A DNA stretch of 64,000 nucleotides from Octopus vulgaris. Lineage: Eukaryota. The stretch is from positions 11,656,001 to 11,720,000 of the forward strand of contig OX597815.1 of NCBI GenBank assembly GCA_951406725.2, in the 5' to 3' direction. Under the pieces are notes generated by a model that was not told where the DNA came from, did not search any database, and worked only from the letters and a program-made list of their open reading frames with translations. The position numbers were made by a program, and so were the translations under genes. Shown piece after piece: positions 40,335 through 53,160 of this stretch (the stretch's first letter is position 1; the number at the start of each line of letters is the position of its first letter).

Positions 40335-41805
40335 TATGTATTTAATCATTTAAACTCCTCTGAAGAAGGAGCTGGTTTCTAACAAAGATACAAAGCTCCA
40401 TTTTTGGAATGTAGATAACGGAAACAATGTCATATTCTTAACCTGAGAAAAGTCTTTCATAGTATTACTGTTCCGCTTACAGATTGTATTTTGTAATATG
40501 CGAATCAGCTGGTTGATTTCATTTTCTGAAAATCGAATCTTATCCAGACTGGCAGTTAGGCATTTAATTACAAAACCAAGTGCTCCAATTATTATTGGTT
40601 TAAATGTAAATTTGTAATCCGGATATAGAAGCTGGAGTTTTCAAAGCAGTTGTTCATGGTTATCTTCTTTCTCTCTGATTTTCAAAGCAATATTCACATC
40701 ACAGGACAGCTGACATCTGTGATGTTACATACTTTTTCTTGACTATCCCAAAACAACAATATCCAGCCCGCTACGTTTAAGCTTGACAGATGTTTTGATG
40801 AGAATGTTCCAGCAGTATTCTCTTTGCTGGTACTTGAGTACATATTCAATAACATGGGGATACATTTTATTTATTCCAGGACAATATTTTTTTCCGACTG
40901 GTATTGTATATTGTTTCTGCGACTACGTCAAGTCGTATTGGGAGATAGTAACTTGATGACATTTTTGGGAAGCTGCTAATCACATGTGTGATGTCTTCCA
41001 CAGAAATATGACATAATCTACATTTACAGTTGCATCTCGGAACACCAGGGGCTTTACTGCCTCTTTTGATGATTAGGTACTTAGCAGCAATCTCCTGTTC
41101 TTGGACAGCAAATGCACAGCCTACGAAGTGTGATGTGATCTAGTAGTCACTAGTCTAAGAGAGGCTTCGCTTCACGTCAATGTTGCTATCTTCTTCCAGG
41201 TCTTCTATGAGGTATGCTTATCCAGCTGATCTGGAGTTGTATGGGAGGTCATCAAGAAAAGAATACTTCTTGAAGAGCTCATTTTCAGCACGTAGGATAT
41301 TGCTTACTTCACTTTTCTTCACTAAGTTAATCTATTTAATTTTGCTGCTGTTGTTTAGCAAGTGCAATCTGAGAGAGACTATACGACATTCGAACGTTGT
41401 CTGTACTGATCTCTAGCCCGGACAGCGTTCAACGTTTCTTAGGTAGAGCTTGTCGATATCATTATTTTTGTGGAGATTTCCAGTAACTGTTAGAATCATG
41501 TGGGTTTTCATGTCTATGGAGTGAATTTCTTCTACAGACCAATCTAGTATCCCAAATGTTGGAATCAGTGCTGGTACTGCAAATGCACAATAAAGCATTG
41601 TCTTGCAAGCAGAGAGTTCGGACTGCCATATCTTTCTTAGACTAGTGTAACATTCAAGAGTCACTCAGGGTACGTCAGCATGATATACTTTCATGAATGC
41701 CACAATGCTTGTGGCATTCATTGTGTCGGACACGAGAGATAGTGATACCATTGATGCGCAGGTTTTGTGTCTGGGAGACTGATTTCCCCCGTTGAAGAGC
41801 TACAT
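40335..41805 (-). pseudogene. R4/Dong-clade non-LTR retrotransposon 3' portion (RT thumb, CCHC, RLE, 3' UTR)
   Basis: RKIWQSELSA..AFAVPALIPTFGILDWSVEEIHSIDMKT..DIDKLYL, KCRLCHISVEDITHVISS, KEDNHEQLL, LQLLYPDYKFTFKPIIIGALGFV. Confidence 0.92.
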
Positions 41806-42879
41806 AAGAACCTTTGTTCTGTACAAATTCAATTCATAAGTCAACAGAAAATGTTATTAATTCTAGTTGTTTTTTGATATTATTAATATTTTAAGCATAA
41901 ATCTGAAAGATATCAAGAAGGTAATTCTGAGTGAAATATGTATGTATGTATGTACGTATTATGTATATATGTATGCAGGCATGTATGCATATATGTGTAC
42001 GTACATGTACGTGTGTGAAAAAGCATGCATTCTATGCATACATGTATATGTGTTTATGATTGATGTTATGTATTTATCAATCGTCTCTCATTAAATCTAT
42101 CTATCTATTTATCTATATACCTACGTATCTATCTATCTGTCTATCTATCTACCTACATACCTACCTACCTACCTACCTACCTACCTACCTACCTACCAAC
42201 CTATCTATCTATCTAGTTATATATTTACACTTATAAATACAGGTATGTATTCACGTTGATATGCATACACGTACACGTATACACACCTACTTTTATATAC
42301 ATATTTTAACACACATATATGCCTGTGAGTATTATTTGTGTGAAGATAGATATAGATGTCTCCGCACATATACATTTAATCGAAACTACTCATGTATTTA
42401 AATAAAGTGATTCATAAAAATTGTATTGAATTAACTATTTTTCGAGTGAAAATAGCATGACGCCTTTCGTATTACTAATTATATATATGTTCTGATCTTT
42501 TTCATTTGATCTGTATTAGAAACCATTGAAGTGGCAATAAAAAGCTGAGATATTTTCTATTCAAACTATTACTTTAATATGAATAAGTTACAAGAACAAA
42601 AAGACAAAATCTAAAATGGTGGAAAAGCAGTTCCGTTGTAGAAGTCATAGCATGTTATGTAAATTATATTTAATAATTTCTGAGTATAACTTAACTGAAA
42701 CGCTTATGGAATCTAACTTCCAATCATCCAGAGAACAATATCAGTTTTGGGAGGTGTATGTTGTTGTAGTTGTAATTGTTATTAGCATTGTTGTTGTAGA
42801 TTTATTATCATTATTATTATTATTCATGATTTCAGAAATGCATCGAGAGTTTCCTTTCTTAAAAGAATTTGCGACATTT

Positions 42880-42956
42880 TTGAAAACATGCGTTATTATT
42901 ATTATTATTTTTATTATTGATGTTTTTGCTGATTTTATGATTGTTATGGTTATTAT

Positions 42957-42989
<33 letters not shown>

Positions 42990-43091
42990 CAAAAACAGTA
43001 GCTGCAGCAGTAGTAGCAGTATTAGTAGTAGTATTATTAGTAGGAGTAGTGGTATTAGTGGTAGTAGTGGTAGTAGTAGTAGTATTAGTAT

Positions 43092-43158
<67 letters not shown>

Positions 43159-43189
43159 GGTGGTGGTAGTAGTAGTAGTGGTGGTGGTG

Positions 43190-43277
<88 letters not shown>

Positions 43278-43290
43278 TAGTAGTAGTATG
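42880..43290. repeat. Compound (ATT)/(AGT)/(GGT) trinucleotide tract
   Basis: Directly visible; source of the poly-I/S/G and poly-V/L pseudo-ORFs. Confidence 0.97.
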
Positions 43291-43724
43291 TGATTGTTCT
43301 GGTAGCTGGCTGAGAGCAAGTTATATAACTGCTTTGGAGTTTTGGAAGTTCTTTCATCTGTCACAAAATAACGAGCAAACTAAATGTGTCTTCGCCTTAT
43401 GGGAAGGAAGCGTTAAGTTTTAGCCAAGATTTTCGATCTGAAAAACTTAATATAGCAAATAATACCAGCGACATCGTGGATGTCGCCGACGTATTGAAAT
43501 TACGTACATGTGGCAAACGCTTGCATGGATTCACAGATAAGCATATATATGCATACATAGACACATGTACTCAATCATACAGATACACACAGATAAAATC
43601 TCTCAAATTTGCAGCGATACTTATGCGTGGATATAAACAGAAATATGCATAAACCGATTTGGATATATACCTCGACGATATTACATACACACATATACGG
43701 GCACACATAATCACACACATACAC

Positions 43725-43945
43725 AGAGTAGATGAAACCATGGCGACTGAAGAAGGGGAATGTTCCTTGTGTTATTTGTCCTGTACTCTATTTTTCGTTG
43801 TTTAAGAAAAATGTCCAGTTCCTTGGTTGTGTTCGTGGGTTTTTTTGGTGGGTGTCCTGTACCCATATATGCATGTATATATTCATGTAGAGATAGGTAG
43901 GTACATATATGTATGTATATATGCGTATGTTTTATTTATTAATTT
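43725..43945 (+). mobile_element. PLE-like LTR fragment homologous to 11150-11390
   Basis: Direct sequence homology in inverted orientation. Confidence 0.75.
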
Positions 43946-43957
43946 ATATATATATAT

Positions 43958-44264
43958 AAAAAGTATATGTATTTGTGAAGGAGTCTGACTTCTCGTCGAC
44001 AACCATGATTGTCACACGCTGATGAAAGGTAAACACCTTGAAACTCGGGTACGTGTGTATCATGTGTTGAAGACGGGGAGGATGACTCCACTTCACAAAT
44101 ACTGACAGGACACAGATAGTGTGTCTATAGCCAGCGGGAGGAGGTGTCTTCCTGGGGCTACAAACAACAGTAGCATCCACCCTTTTGGGTTAACTATATT
44201 CAAATGGCATATATGCATCACGTTGTGTTACCGCTACTGTTTATAACTCGCTCTGAGATTTATC

Positions 44265-44266
<2 letters not shown>
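43958..44266 (+). mobile_element. ~310-bp structured hammerhead-bearing cassette between two (TA)n tracts (PLE pseudo-LTR or retrozyme-like)
   Basis: Higher GC than its flanks and bounded by (TA)n. Contains the hammerhead rod and further hairpins (GACACA..TGTGTC, TAGCC..GGCTA). Confidence 0.75.
44013..44057 (+). ncRNA. Type I hammerhead ribozyme with intact core
   Basis: Stem I CACACG/CGUGUG; core CUGAUGA; stem II AAGGU-AAAC-ACCUU; GAAA; stem III AC-UCGG-GU; triplet GUA, predicting cleavage after 44051. Confidence 0.85.
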
Positions 44267-44304
<38 letters not shown>

Positions 44305-44307
<3 letters not shown>

Positions 44308-44507
44308 CGGGAAAATAAACAAAAGACGAAGGTAGGTGGAATATAAACAAACAGTTGTATTAGTATGGCGCTCAGGAATATAAATAAAACAAGTCTTTTA
44401 CGTTTCGAGCCTACGCTCTTCAACAGAAAGATACACAGAAAAGAAACACAGAAAGAAATAAGGAGAGAAAATAAATGCGTGCAGAAGCTAGCGAATCAAC
44501 ATGGCGA
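44305..44507 (-). mobile_element. (TA)n-embedded PLE-like cassette
   Basis: Close homolog of 18785-19003; bounded by (TA)n. Confidence 0.8.
44394..44431 (-). ncRNA. Minimal hammerhead-like motif (A6U variant)
   Basis: UCUUU-CUGUUGA-A-GAGC-GUAG-GCUC-GAAACGUA-AAAGA. Stem I UCUUU/AAAGA. Confidence 0.6.
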
Positions 44508-44945
44508 TATATATATATATATTAGGTATGGATATTTATAATTAACTCGAAGATGAGCGTGAAAACGACGAAAAATATAGATAAGGGAATGCAGGGCAAA
44601 AATATAAGGAAAACGATGGAAAACTAGGAAGAAACAAGGGGAGGGGGAGAATGGGAATGAAGAAGAAAATGGAAGATGATACAGAAAAAATGAAATATTA
44701 CGTATAAAGGAAAAGAGGAAAAAGAAGAAAAGGAAGAGAAAGAGGGATAAGGAGAAAAAGAAGAGAATGAGCATGGAGAAAAAGAAAGAGGTAAATAGTG
44801 AAATGAGGATTATAATAGTTTGCTCAAAACTAGTTACTCAATTTCTCTAGTCGAAAGCCATGCTACGAGAAATGTACATGTGTGTGTGTTTGTTTGTGTG
44901 AACGTGTGTGTGTATGTGTGTGTGTGTATGCGTGCGTGTGTGTGT

Positions 44946-45010
44946 GTACTTATTCTATCGGTCTTTGTTGCCGAACCGCTAAGTGACGGGACGTAAACAC
45001 ACACACACAC

Positions 45011-45073
<63 letters not shown>

Positions 45074-45186
45074 GTGTGTGTGTGTGTGTGTACCAAATCC
45101 ACTCACAAGGTGCCACGCAGTAGGACTGAACCCGGACCCATGTGTTTTGTAAGCAAACTACTTACCACACAGCCACCGCTGCGCCT
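44946..45186 (-). mobile_element. SINE family C, internally deleted
   Basis: Reverse complement reads AGGCGCAGCGGTGGCTGTGTGGTAAG..GGGTTCAGTCC..GTGAGTGGATTTGGTA, then microsatellite, then GGTTCGGCAACAAAGACCGATAGAATAAGTAC. Confidence 0.85.
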
Positions 45187-45203
45187 ATACATATGTATGT
45201 ACA

Positions 45204-45261
<58 letters not shown>

Positions 45262-46216
45262 GACACGTTTTAAAATGACACGGCATAGGTATTATTCAGT
45301 TGAGAAAGGAAAAATGCGATGTCTGATGTACTCTAGTAGCCAACTCTCCGTAGGTATTACCGTCAAGATGAAAAATGACGAAATACATACTGCGCAATAT
45401 CCCCCCCTCCAATATTCTCGTCAATCACCGGTCCGCATAGTGATATTTTTCCTCGGGCGGATTTGAATTCAATGCCTGAAATGCATGGCGTTCTATATAG
45501 CAGTGTTATCAACTCTCCGAATACAATTCAATTCAAGTGCAATGTGCCATTAATCTTCTCGACAGTCAAAACTAAATGAAATATAACTTGTAGAATAAAC
45601 AAGGAAAATTTCGTTCCAGGATTTAAAAGTATGTGTGTGGTCGAAAACATTTACCCCACTATTTAGGTGGGTAGTGAAGAAAGTATAATACTCCACCGCA
45701 ATAGGACACTGGGTGATTACATGTAATGCCTGCCAAAATGACACATAACCTTCTCAATATTTGCCGTTATATCCATAATGAAATGAAAAGAAAAGAATTA
45801 AAACGGTTAGAATCAGTGTGAACTGATATTTGTGCCAGACGTTCTATACAATATCCACTTAGTCATTTTGTCATTCGAAAGTTCGAAAGAAAATAAAAAG
45901 ATTGTGTCCGTTCATGAATAGAAAGCGGGTCAGAAACTTGATTTTCGCCAAATTAAGAAATCAGAAAAAGAAAAAAAAAAGATATTTGAAGTCAGTATGG
46001 CAGAAAACGGACGTGTAGTCATGCATTGTTGATAAATGTGTTATTCGGACCATTTATTCAATTGAATGAAGTAATTAAATAGATGAGTCTGATGTTCAAT
46101 ATTGCCATCTATCATGTCAATGTCTCAGTATGGGCTTTATTGTCTATTATTTACCTCACTTTCAATCAGTCAAATATTTATCAAACAGTCACTTGATTAA
46201 TCAATCAATCAGACAA

Positions 46217-46580
46217 TCTATTATATATATGAAAGGCAAATTGCCGTCAGTATATCTGTCTTTCCTGCTTTTACAATAAAATATTTTTGTCGACAGGATA
46301 ATTGAATGGTGGTGTAGTATTTCATGTATAATAACAAGATTTTATGTTTTCTATATATCTTTTAATTTTCTATCTGTTCACTTAATTTTTATGAATTATG
46401 ATACATGTAGATCTCTTTGACAATCAATAAGAATTCATAATCTTGACTGCACTGACTGTAATCGCATTACAATTTCAAACTCCGGCCACGTTATGTAGAG
46501 AAGGTCGCATACGTGAAACAAGAACGGCATGGTTGTATTCAAATAACTTCATGTGAGTCAGTTGGAAACGGCTGCCCTAG
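46217..46580 (+). mobile_element. Possible old non-autonomous Helitron
   Basis: Starts A|TCTATTATATATATGAAAGGC and ends GGCTGCCCTAG|T; no clear subterminal hairpin. Confidence 0.3.
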
Positions 46581-47277
46581 TACTTTGTGCCTGAATGCAC
46601 AAGGGCTGACATTCATAATAGTTAACATATTTTTTCTTGGCAGATTCTCATGTATGTACATTGATTATATGCGATGTGATCATTAAACCTTCCTGAAATT
46701 TGATTGACACATATTAAAATATGTAGATATATTTTCTGTACAAATAGCATGATGTAAGGTGTCATTGATGCGTTTATCTACTGTAATTGTACTTTGCAAT
46801 ATGTCGTCATATTAATATGCTCGTAAAAATATATGATAGTTGTTTTCAAAACCTCGTAATGCTAATTCTAGTTAAGAAAGAGTTGGAAAGCTTGGCATCT
46901 AACTACTGATGCATATGGCGAGTAGAGAAGTGAGAGGTCATTACACATCTCCATCCTGAGGCACATAAGAGGCTATAAAAAGGAGCGTGTATTCAGCTAG
47001 TTAGTCTATGTTCTATTATGCTAGAGGTATTGGAGATTTTAATGCAACGAGCACTGTGCTGACTGATTTCCCTGTTGTTTACTGTGCGTTATACTCAAGT
47101 TTCTTTTAATAGCTCGTTTGGAACCCGCGTATGACTCATAACTGTCTTACACTCGAAGGTTTTTTTCTGCTATATATTTCTAGAAGGGTGCACGCTTGGT
47201 GCAGGTTACATTTTTAACATTAGTTCATGCATGCACTTCCACACACCAAACACATACACGCATATATATATATATAT

Positions 47278-47492
47278 TAAACATAGTAAATAGGGTAATA
47301 AAAATAAATTATTATTACCAGTGACCTAGCACAAAAGACGAATTAGTCATTAGACTATACGTTATTCACAAATACATTAAAAGGCTTCCAAATAAAGAAG
47401 CGAGTGCTAGATACACAAAAAGGGGATAAATTCATATCCCCTTTTTGTGTATCTAGCACTCGCTTCTTTATTTGGAAGCCTTTTAATGTATT

Positions 47493-47493
<1 letters not shown>
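47278..47493. mobile_element. (TA)n-embedded cassette ending in a perfect 59-bp fold-back
   Basis: 47370-47428 is the exact reverse complement of 47435-47493, with a 6-nt loop AATTCA. Confidence 0.9.
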
Positions 47494-47557
<64 letters not shown>

Positions 47558-47560
<3 letters not shown>

Positions 47561-47977
47561 GTTGACAAATGAATTATCTTATTACGGATAATTCGAAAGA
47601 TAACCGATACCTGGGTAGCAAACTCACAACAGAAAAAGCACGGTTGAAGTTACGACCATAGGGCATAAAATCCGTGCCTTAGTGCGGAAATTTGAAGTTT
47701 AATTTAATATATTAAGTATAGGAAAGAATGGAGCTGAAAGAAGATTTAACAAAGTTAACATCATTATATCTATGGGCTCCTAGTGAGCAGTCATCGAAAA
47801 ACCTGTTGTGCATTTTGTAGGAGAATTAAGTTTATGGATTTTCCTGAAGAGAAAGCTGCATAATGGACGCCTTATTCATTCGGAATTAGGGATCTTGAAG
47901 ACTTCGAAACATATGTCGAAAATAAAATAAAGGAACTTTCTTAAATCTTCATTCAGCTCCATTCTTTCCTATACTTA

Positions 47978-47985
<8 letters not shown>
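47558..47985. mobile_element. (TA)n-flanked cassette with ~45-bp inverted repeats
   Basis: ATATATTAAGTATAGGAAAGAATGGAGCTGAA (47707) vs TTCAGCTCCATTCTTTCCTATACTTAATATAT (47952). Decayed TTGAAGA..CGAAAC motif at ~47896. Confidence 0.7.
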
Positions 47986-48055
<70 letters not shown>

Positions 48056-49089
48056 GCAAATAATTAGAAAATGGAGTTAACCACAGATTAACCAAGCCAT
48101 CGGTTGGACCACATTTATAGCTTATTTTTAATGCAAAGCATGACATAAAAAAACATGTGATTTAACATATATTACGGCTGTTGCTGATCAGATTGTCAAA
48201 ATTCAGTCTATACATAAATGTGAGAATAAAATTCTTCATCTTCGTAGGGCATTCAAATTAAGGCCACGGATTTTCATCAGAGCATATAATGAAACAAAAG
48301 GAAAGAAAACATGGCTTAGACAAATAGTCTAGAAGCCCAATATGTTAAGAACAAATAATTTGCCATCAGAAGCTACAGGGGTCGTAGGTAAAAGAGTGAG
48401 ATAGTAATGGTCTAGGGAATACTACGGATTGGTGCAATTTGAAGTGGGGGTCAGGATGTTTAAAAAATATGTTATCAAGAAGCTTGATACTAACGTGATT
48501 GTCAAAGGGCAGAACCTAGGCTAACGGAGTAAACCCAAGTTAAAGTAAACACTCGTAGGGTGCTTAAGGAAAATTTACTCGCAGAAATTAATACCGCGAG
48601 TTCCACCTACTGCCCACAATGGGGCAAGTCCAGCGGTCTCTACAATTGGTCAGTTACAATCTAAGCCGAGATCACAAGTTAAAACCATAAAAAACGATTT
48701 GTCTATAAAATAAACAAGAAAAGAAAAAGGAAAAAAAAAAGATATAGAGTAGATGTCAATGAATAGATAGCGTGGGGCCGTTTATGTCATCCAACATATA
48801 TTAACGTTATAACATGCTTGAGGGAAGAGTTAGGGAATCTACAGGAGTGTGGTTAAGGAGAGGCAACTAGTACTGCTAATTTAGCAGTTCAATAGAATCT
48901 ACAAGAGAATGAAATTGAGCTAAAACTGCTGTTAGCTGCACTCTACGTGTATGGTGTGCTAGCACACCAATGCCAGGGGACAATACAGGTAACGGATAGC
49001 GATAGTATATAAGGACACTTTATCCCTTAGTCGGTTAGCATATACATATATATATATATATATACAATACTAAACAATTTAAACACCAA

Positions 49090-49560
49090 TACACTAAGAT
49101 ACTGGAATGCTTGAACTTCTCTTTGGTGAGAACATCTTCGATCAGGAGCAAATTATAGACCGAAAGTAAGACAGATTACTATGCAGAGAACCGAATACGG
49201 TTCCATCGGTCATGCATGCTAAATTCCCAGTAACTATGCTAGATCTGCGAGTCATCAGGGACGAGGGAGATATCATGACTCCTGTATACACAGAGGTATG
49301 CAGAAAGTTGTGTAAACCTGGATAGACAGAGTACTCAACAGAAAAACCTACGTCTTCCAGCAAGAATCTGCTCCGTCTCATAATGCTAGAACAATCTAAG
49401 CGTGGATGCATGATTATGTTTTACCAGACACAAGACCTCCTTGCTCATCAGACTGAAATCAAGTGGACTGTTACGTTTTGGCACGCACACGGGAGAACCG
49501 TGAATTAGCAACCCCATAACACCATACAATCTCTAAAGCCGGCAAGAAAAAAAATGTATA
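49090..49560 (+). pseudogene. maT/DD37D-like Tc1-mariner transposase remnant
   Basis: FFGENIFDQ (cf. FSDEKNFDQ), VPSVMHAKFPVTM, YVFQQESAPSHNART, RPPCSSD*NQVDCYV (cf. WPPxSPDLNPLDYYV) and HNTIQSLKA. Confidence 0.8.
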
Positions 49561-49852
49561 TCCTAAATTCATAGCGATCATCACATTCGAGCATATCAAG
49601 GTTTTTGATTCCATACTGAAGCAACAATTGGTGCTAAATGTGGATTCCTTGAATAAACGTGATAGAATTATTCTGAAGATTATTTATACCGATACGTTTT
49701 CAAAAACAGCTTCTCTTTGATGAGTATGCAACTGTTTCTAAATTCAGACAACCAAGATAACGAAAGAGAAAGAGGGGGGAGAAAGAGATAGAGAGAATTC
49801 TATATCCAAACTTAATAATATATATTTCCTGAGGGGTTCATTATAATCCTGG

Positions 49853-49905
<53 letters not shown>

Positions 49906-49984
49906 TATATACGATATATCAGGAACAATACATAGATAAATATTTAATATATATAGTTAATATATATATATATATATATGTATA

Positions 49985-50046
<62 letters not shown>

Positions 50047-50451
50047 ATATATATATATATAATATATATGTATACTTATATATATATATATATGTGTGTG
50101 AATATATATGCATACATGTACACACGTGTCATAACTACCTTTCATGCATACTCAACATACATACACAAAAATTCTGCAAGGACATAATTATAATTATACA
50201 ACAATTGGTTATGAGTTTTAAAAACGCAAACTATTGTATGCGTAAATGAAATTCTTAATTTTCTTATTCGCAGCATCATTTCAAAACTGAACACTCAGTT
50301 TCTCTTCACATGGAATTTTCTTGCCGATTTCCCATTAAACTTCAAGCGTCATTGTTCATTCCCATATTATGCTGTTATAATCTAAGACTGTTGGAAGCGC
50401 TGCATGCTTATATTTAAGCGTTGATGGTTGTTCATGTGGTGTTCTGGGTGG

Positions 50452-51385
50452 GTATGTATACATGTATGTATGTGTGTATGTATGTATGTATGTATGTATG
50501 TATGTATGTATGTATGTATGTGTATGTATGTATGTATGTATGTATGTATGTATGTATGTATGTATGTATGTATGTATGTATGTATGTATGCATGTATGTA
50601 TGTGTGTATGTATGTATGTATGCATGTACGTATGCATGTATGTGTGTATGTATGTATGTATGTATGTATGTATGTATGTGTGCATGTATGTATGTATGTA
50701 TGTATGTGTATGTATGTATGTATGTATGTATGTATGTATGTATGTATGTATGTATGTATGTATGTATGTGTGTATGTATGTATGTATGTATGTATGTATG
50801 TATGTGTGTATGTATGTATGTATGTATGTATGTATGTATGTATGTATGTATGTATGTGTGTATGTATGTATGTATACATGTATGTATGTGTGTATGTATG
50901 TATGTATGTATGTATGCATGTATGTGTGTATGTACGTATGTATGTATGCATGCATGCATGCATGTATGTATGTATGTATGTATGTATGTACGTATGTATG
51001 TATGTATGTATGTATGTATATGTATGTATGTGTATGTATGTATGTATGTATGTATGTATGTATGTATGTATACATGTATGTATGTGTGTATGTATGTATG
51101 TATGTATGTATACATGTATGTATGTGTGTATGTATGTATGTATGTATGTATGTATGTATGTGTGTATGTATGTATGTATGTATGTATGTATGTATGTATG
51201 TATGTATGTATGTATGTATATGTGTGTGTATGTATCTATGAATGTATGTATGTATGTATGTATGTATACATGTATGTATGTGTGTATGTATGTATTTATG
51301 TATGTATGTATGTATGTGTGTATGTATGTATGTATGTATGTATGTATGTATATGTGTGTGTATGTATCTATGAATGTATGTATGT
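50452..51385. repeat. ~930-bp imperfect (TATG)n array
   Basis: Directly visible; explains the 200-335 aa CMYV/HTYI pseudo-ORFs. Confidence 0.98.
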
Positions 51386-51659
51386 TTGGGTGAGGCGCGG
51401 TTGTGTGAGCATTTTTGAATTTATGTGATGAATATTTGATGGTATGTACGCATGTGCCGACGACTCATATGTAGATATACGTGTGCGAGTATGCGTGTGT
51501 GTGTGCGTGTATGCGTGTATGTAAAACGTGTGTGTACATACGATGATATATTCAAAAGTCATTTTACATACACGCGCATACACGCACAGATCTACATTTG
51601 AGGTATAATTGTAAAACTTTGCTTTAATGAAAATACCTAGACACCTAAACGCACCAACA

Positions 51660-51701
<42 letters not shown>

Positions 51702-51977
51702 TACATCTGTGTCTGTATGTGTAGGTGTGGTTATAGTGTTTCCTTTTTTTAATATATATCTCACAGACGGTTTACTGAAGTAATCACATATACAATTATG
51801 TATATGCATAAGGTACGTATCGAAATGTATACGCTTATATACATATCGACTACCGATGCGCATCACACTTTCCAACGTATGAGCTCTCTCGAATTACAAA
51901 GACATACATACATACACACTGATAAATATGCAAAAGACGAAGGGAAGACAGTAATGAGTGTATGTGTGTGTGTATGT

Positions 51978-52019
<42 letters not shown>

Positions 52020-52657
52020 GGAAAAACGAAAAATCCAATACAAGCATATGCAGATGTATTTTTTGATTTATTAAAGATGTACACACTGTCACAGTAGCGA
52101 GGCGAAGAGATTCTCTTTTGATGTTCCGAAATGGAAATCATCATTCCTGTATGAATGTGGAATGAAACAATGTACATCAATTTCATTATGTAACATATCA
52201 ATCAATTTCTTATTAAGAAATCGCTTCATATTTCAGTATGATTAGCGATGTATATATATATTAGTGTACATATACATGCGTGTGAGGTAGAAAATGTGAT
52301 AGAGATATATTGTGTGTGTTCGCGCATGTTTGAACATGATGTATCAAAATATATACTCATTTACAGGCGTACATGGATGCTGAAAGGCGCCACATATGTA
52401 TGTATTTTTATATTCTGAGGATTATATAACTGAAAGAAAAATAAATTTACGAGTTGTGGTGACAGTTTCAATCACCAGCTGGACATTGGCATTTAGGAGC
52501 TAACCCACATAATACCCATTATATAGTTGTCTATATTCATACAATCTGCAACCACACGCAAACCATACATACATACATACACAATCACACCCGCTTGCAC
52601 ACATGCATGTACGAATACAAACACTCACTCACATTATATACACACTCATATATACAT

Positions 52658-53024
52658 TAGCTTCAAGGTTCATCCAAGACTGGGACCACGGGCCATACGA
52701 CCCCTGCCCAATTCAAGATCACAACATACATGTACACTGCAACATAATTTCTTTTCCTCAACAGGCCCTGCCCTATTTAACATTGTCCCGAGGGAGATCA
52801 AAGAGGAAAAGGATCCCATCAACTTTAAACAGAGTCTGGATAGATTCCTTCAAAGAATACCAGATAAGCCACCCATTATTGGATACAACTCACCCAACAA
52901 GAACTCACTACTTGAACAAAAGTTGACTTTAACAGGATTCGAATAATCCTATCAGGTGGTTCTATTAAGTTAGACATGGCCTGGACCAATCTTTGTTCGA
53001 AACATATCTAAGTTATCTAAGTTA
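52658..53024 (+). mobile_element. CR1-like LINE 3' end
   Basis: HPRLGPRA..GPALFNIVPREIK..FKQSLDRFLQRIPDKP..NSLLEQ, with an (ATCTAAGTT)2 tail. Confidence 0.88.
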
Positions 53025-53160
53025 TACATATATACATAATTGATGCTTCTTGATGAGTTGGCATTAAAAATAGACCTGCATTATCAATGTCAGCATGGAC
53101 CACAAAACAACCAACAATGTTAATATATATTGCTATACTGGTTCTTCCTCCTTAATTTCT

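Noticed and set aside
42616-43423. 225-aa ORF with poly-I/S/G and the overlapping poly-L/V ORFs
   Set aside because: Trinucleotide microsatellite; no domain or convincing splice structure.
46720-47180. Possible solo LTR or promoter (GCTATAAAAAGG)
   Set aside because: No second copy, TSD or PBS could be established.
50356-51428. Long ORFs of 193-335 aa (CMYV/HTYI repeats)
   Set aside because: Stop-free translations of (TATG)n in all frames; not genes.
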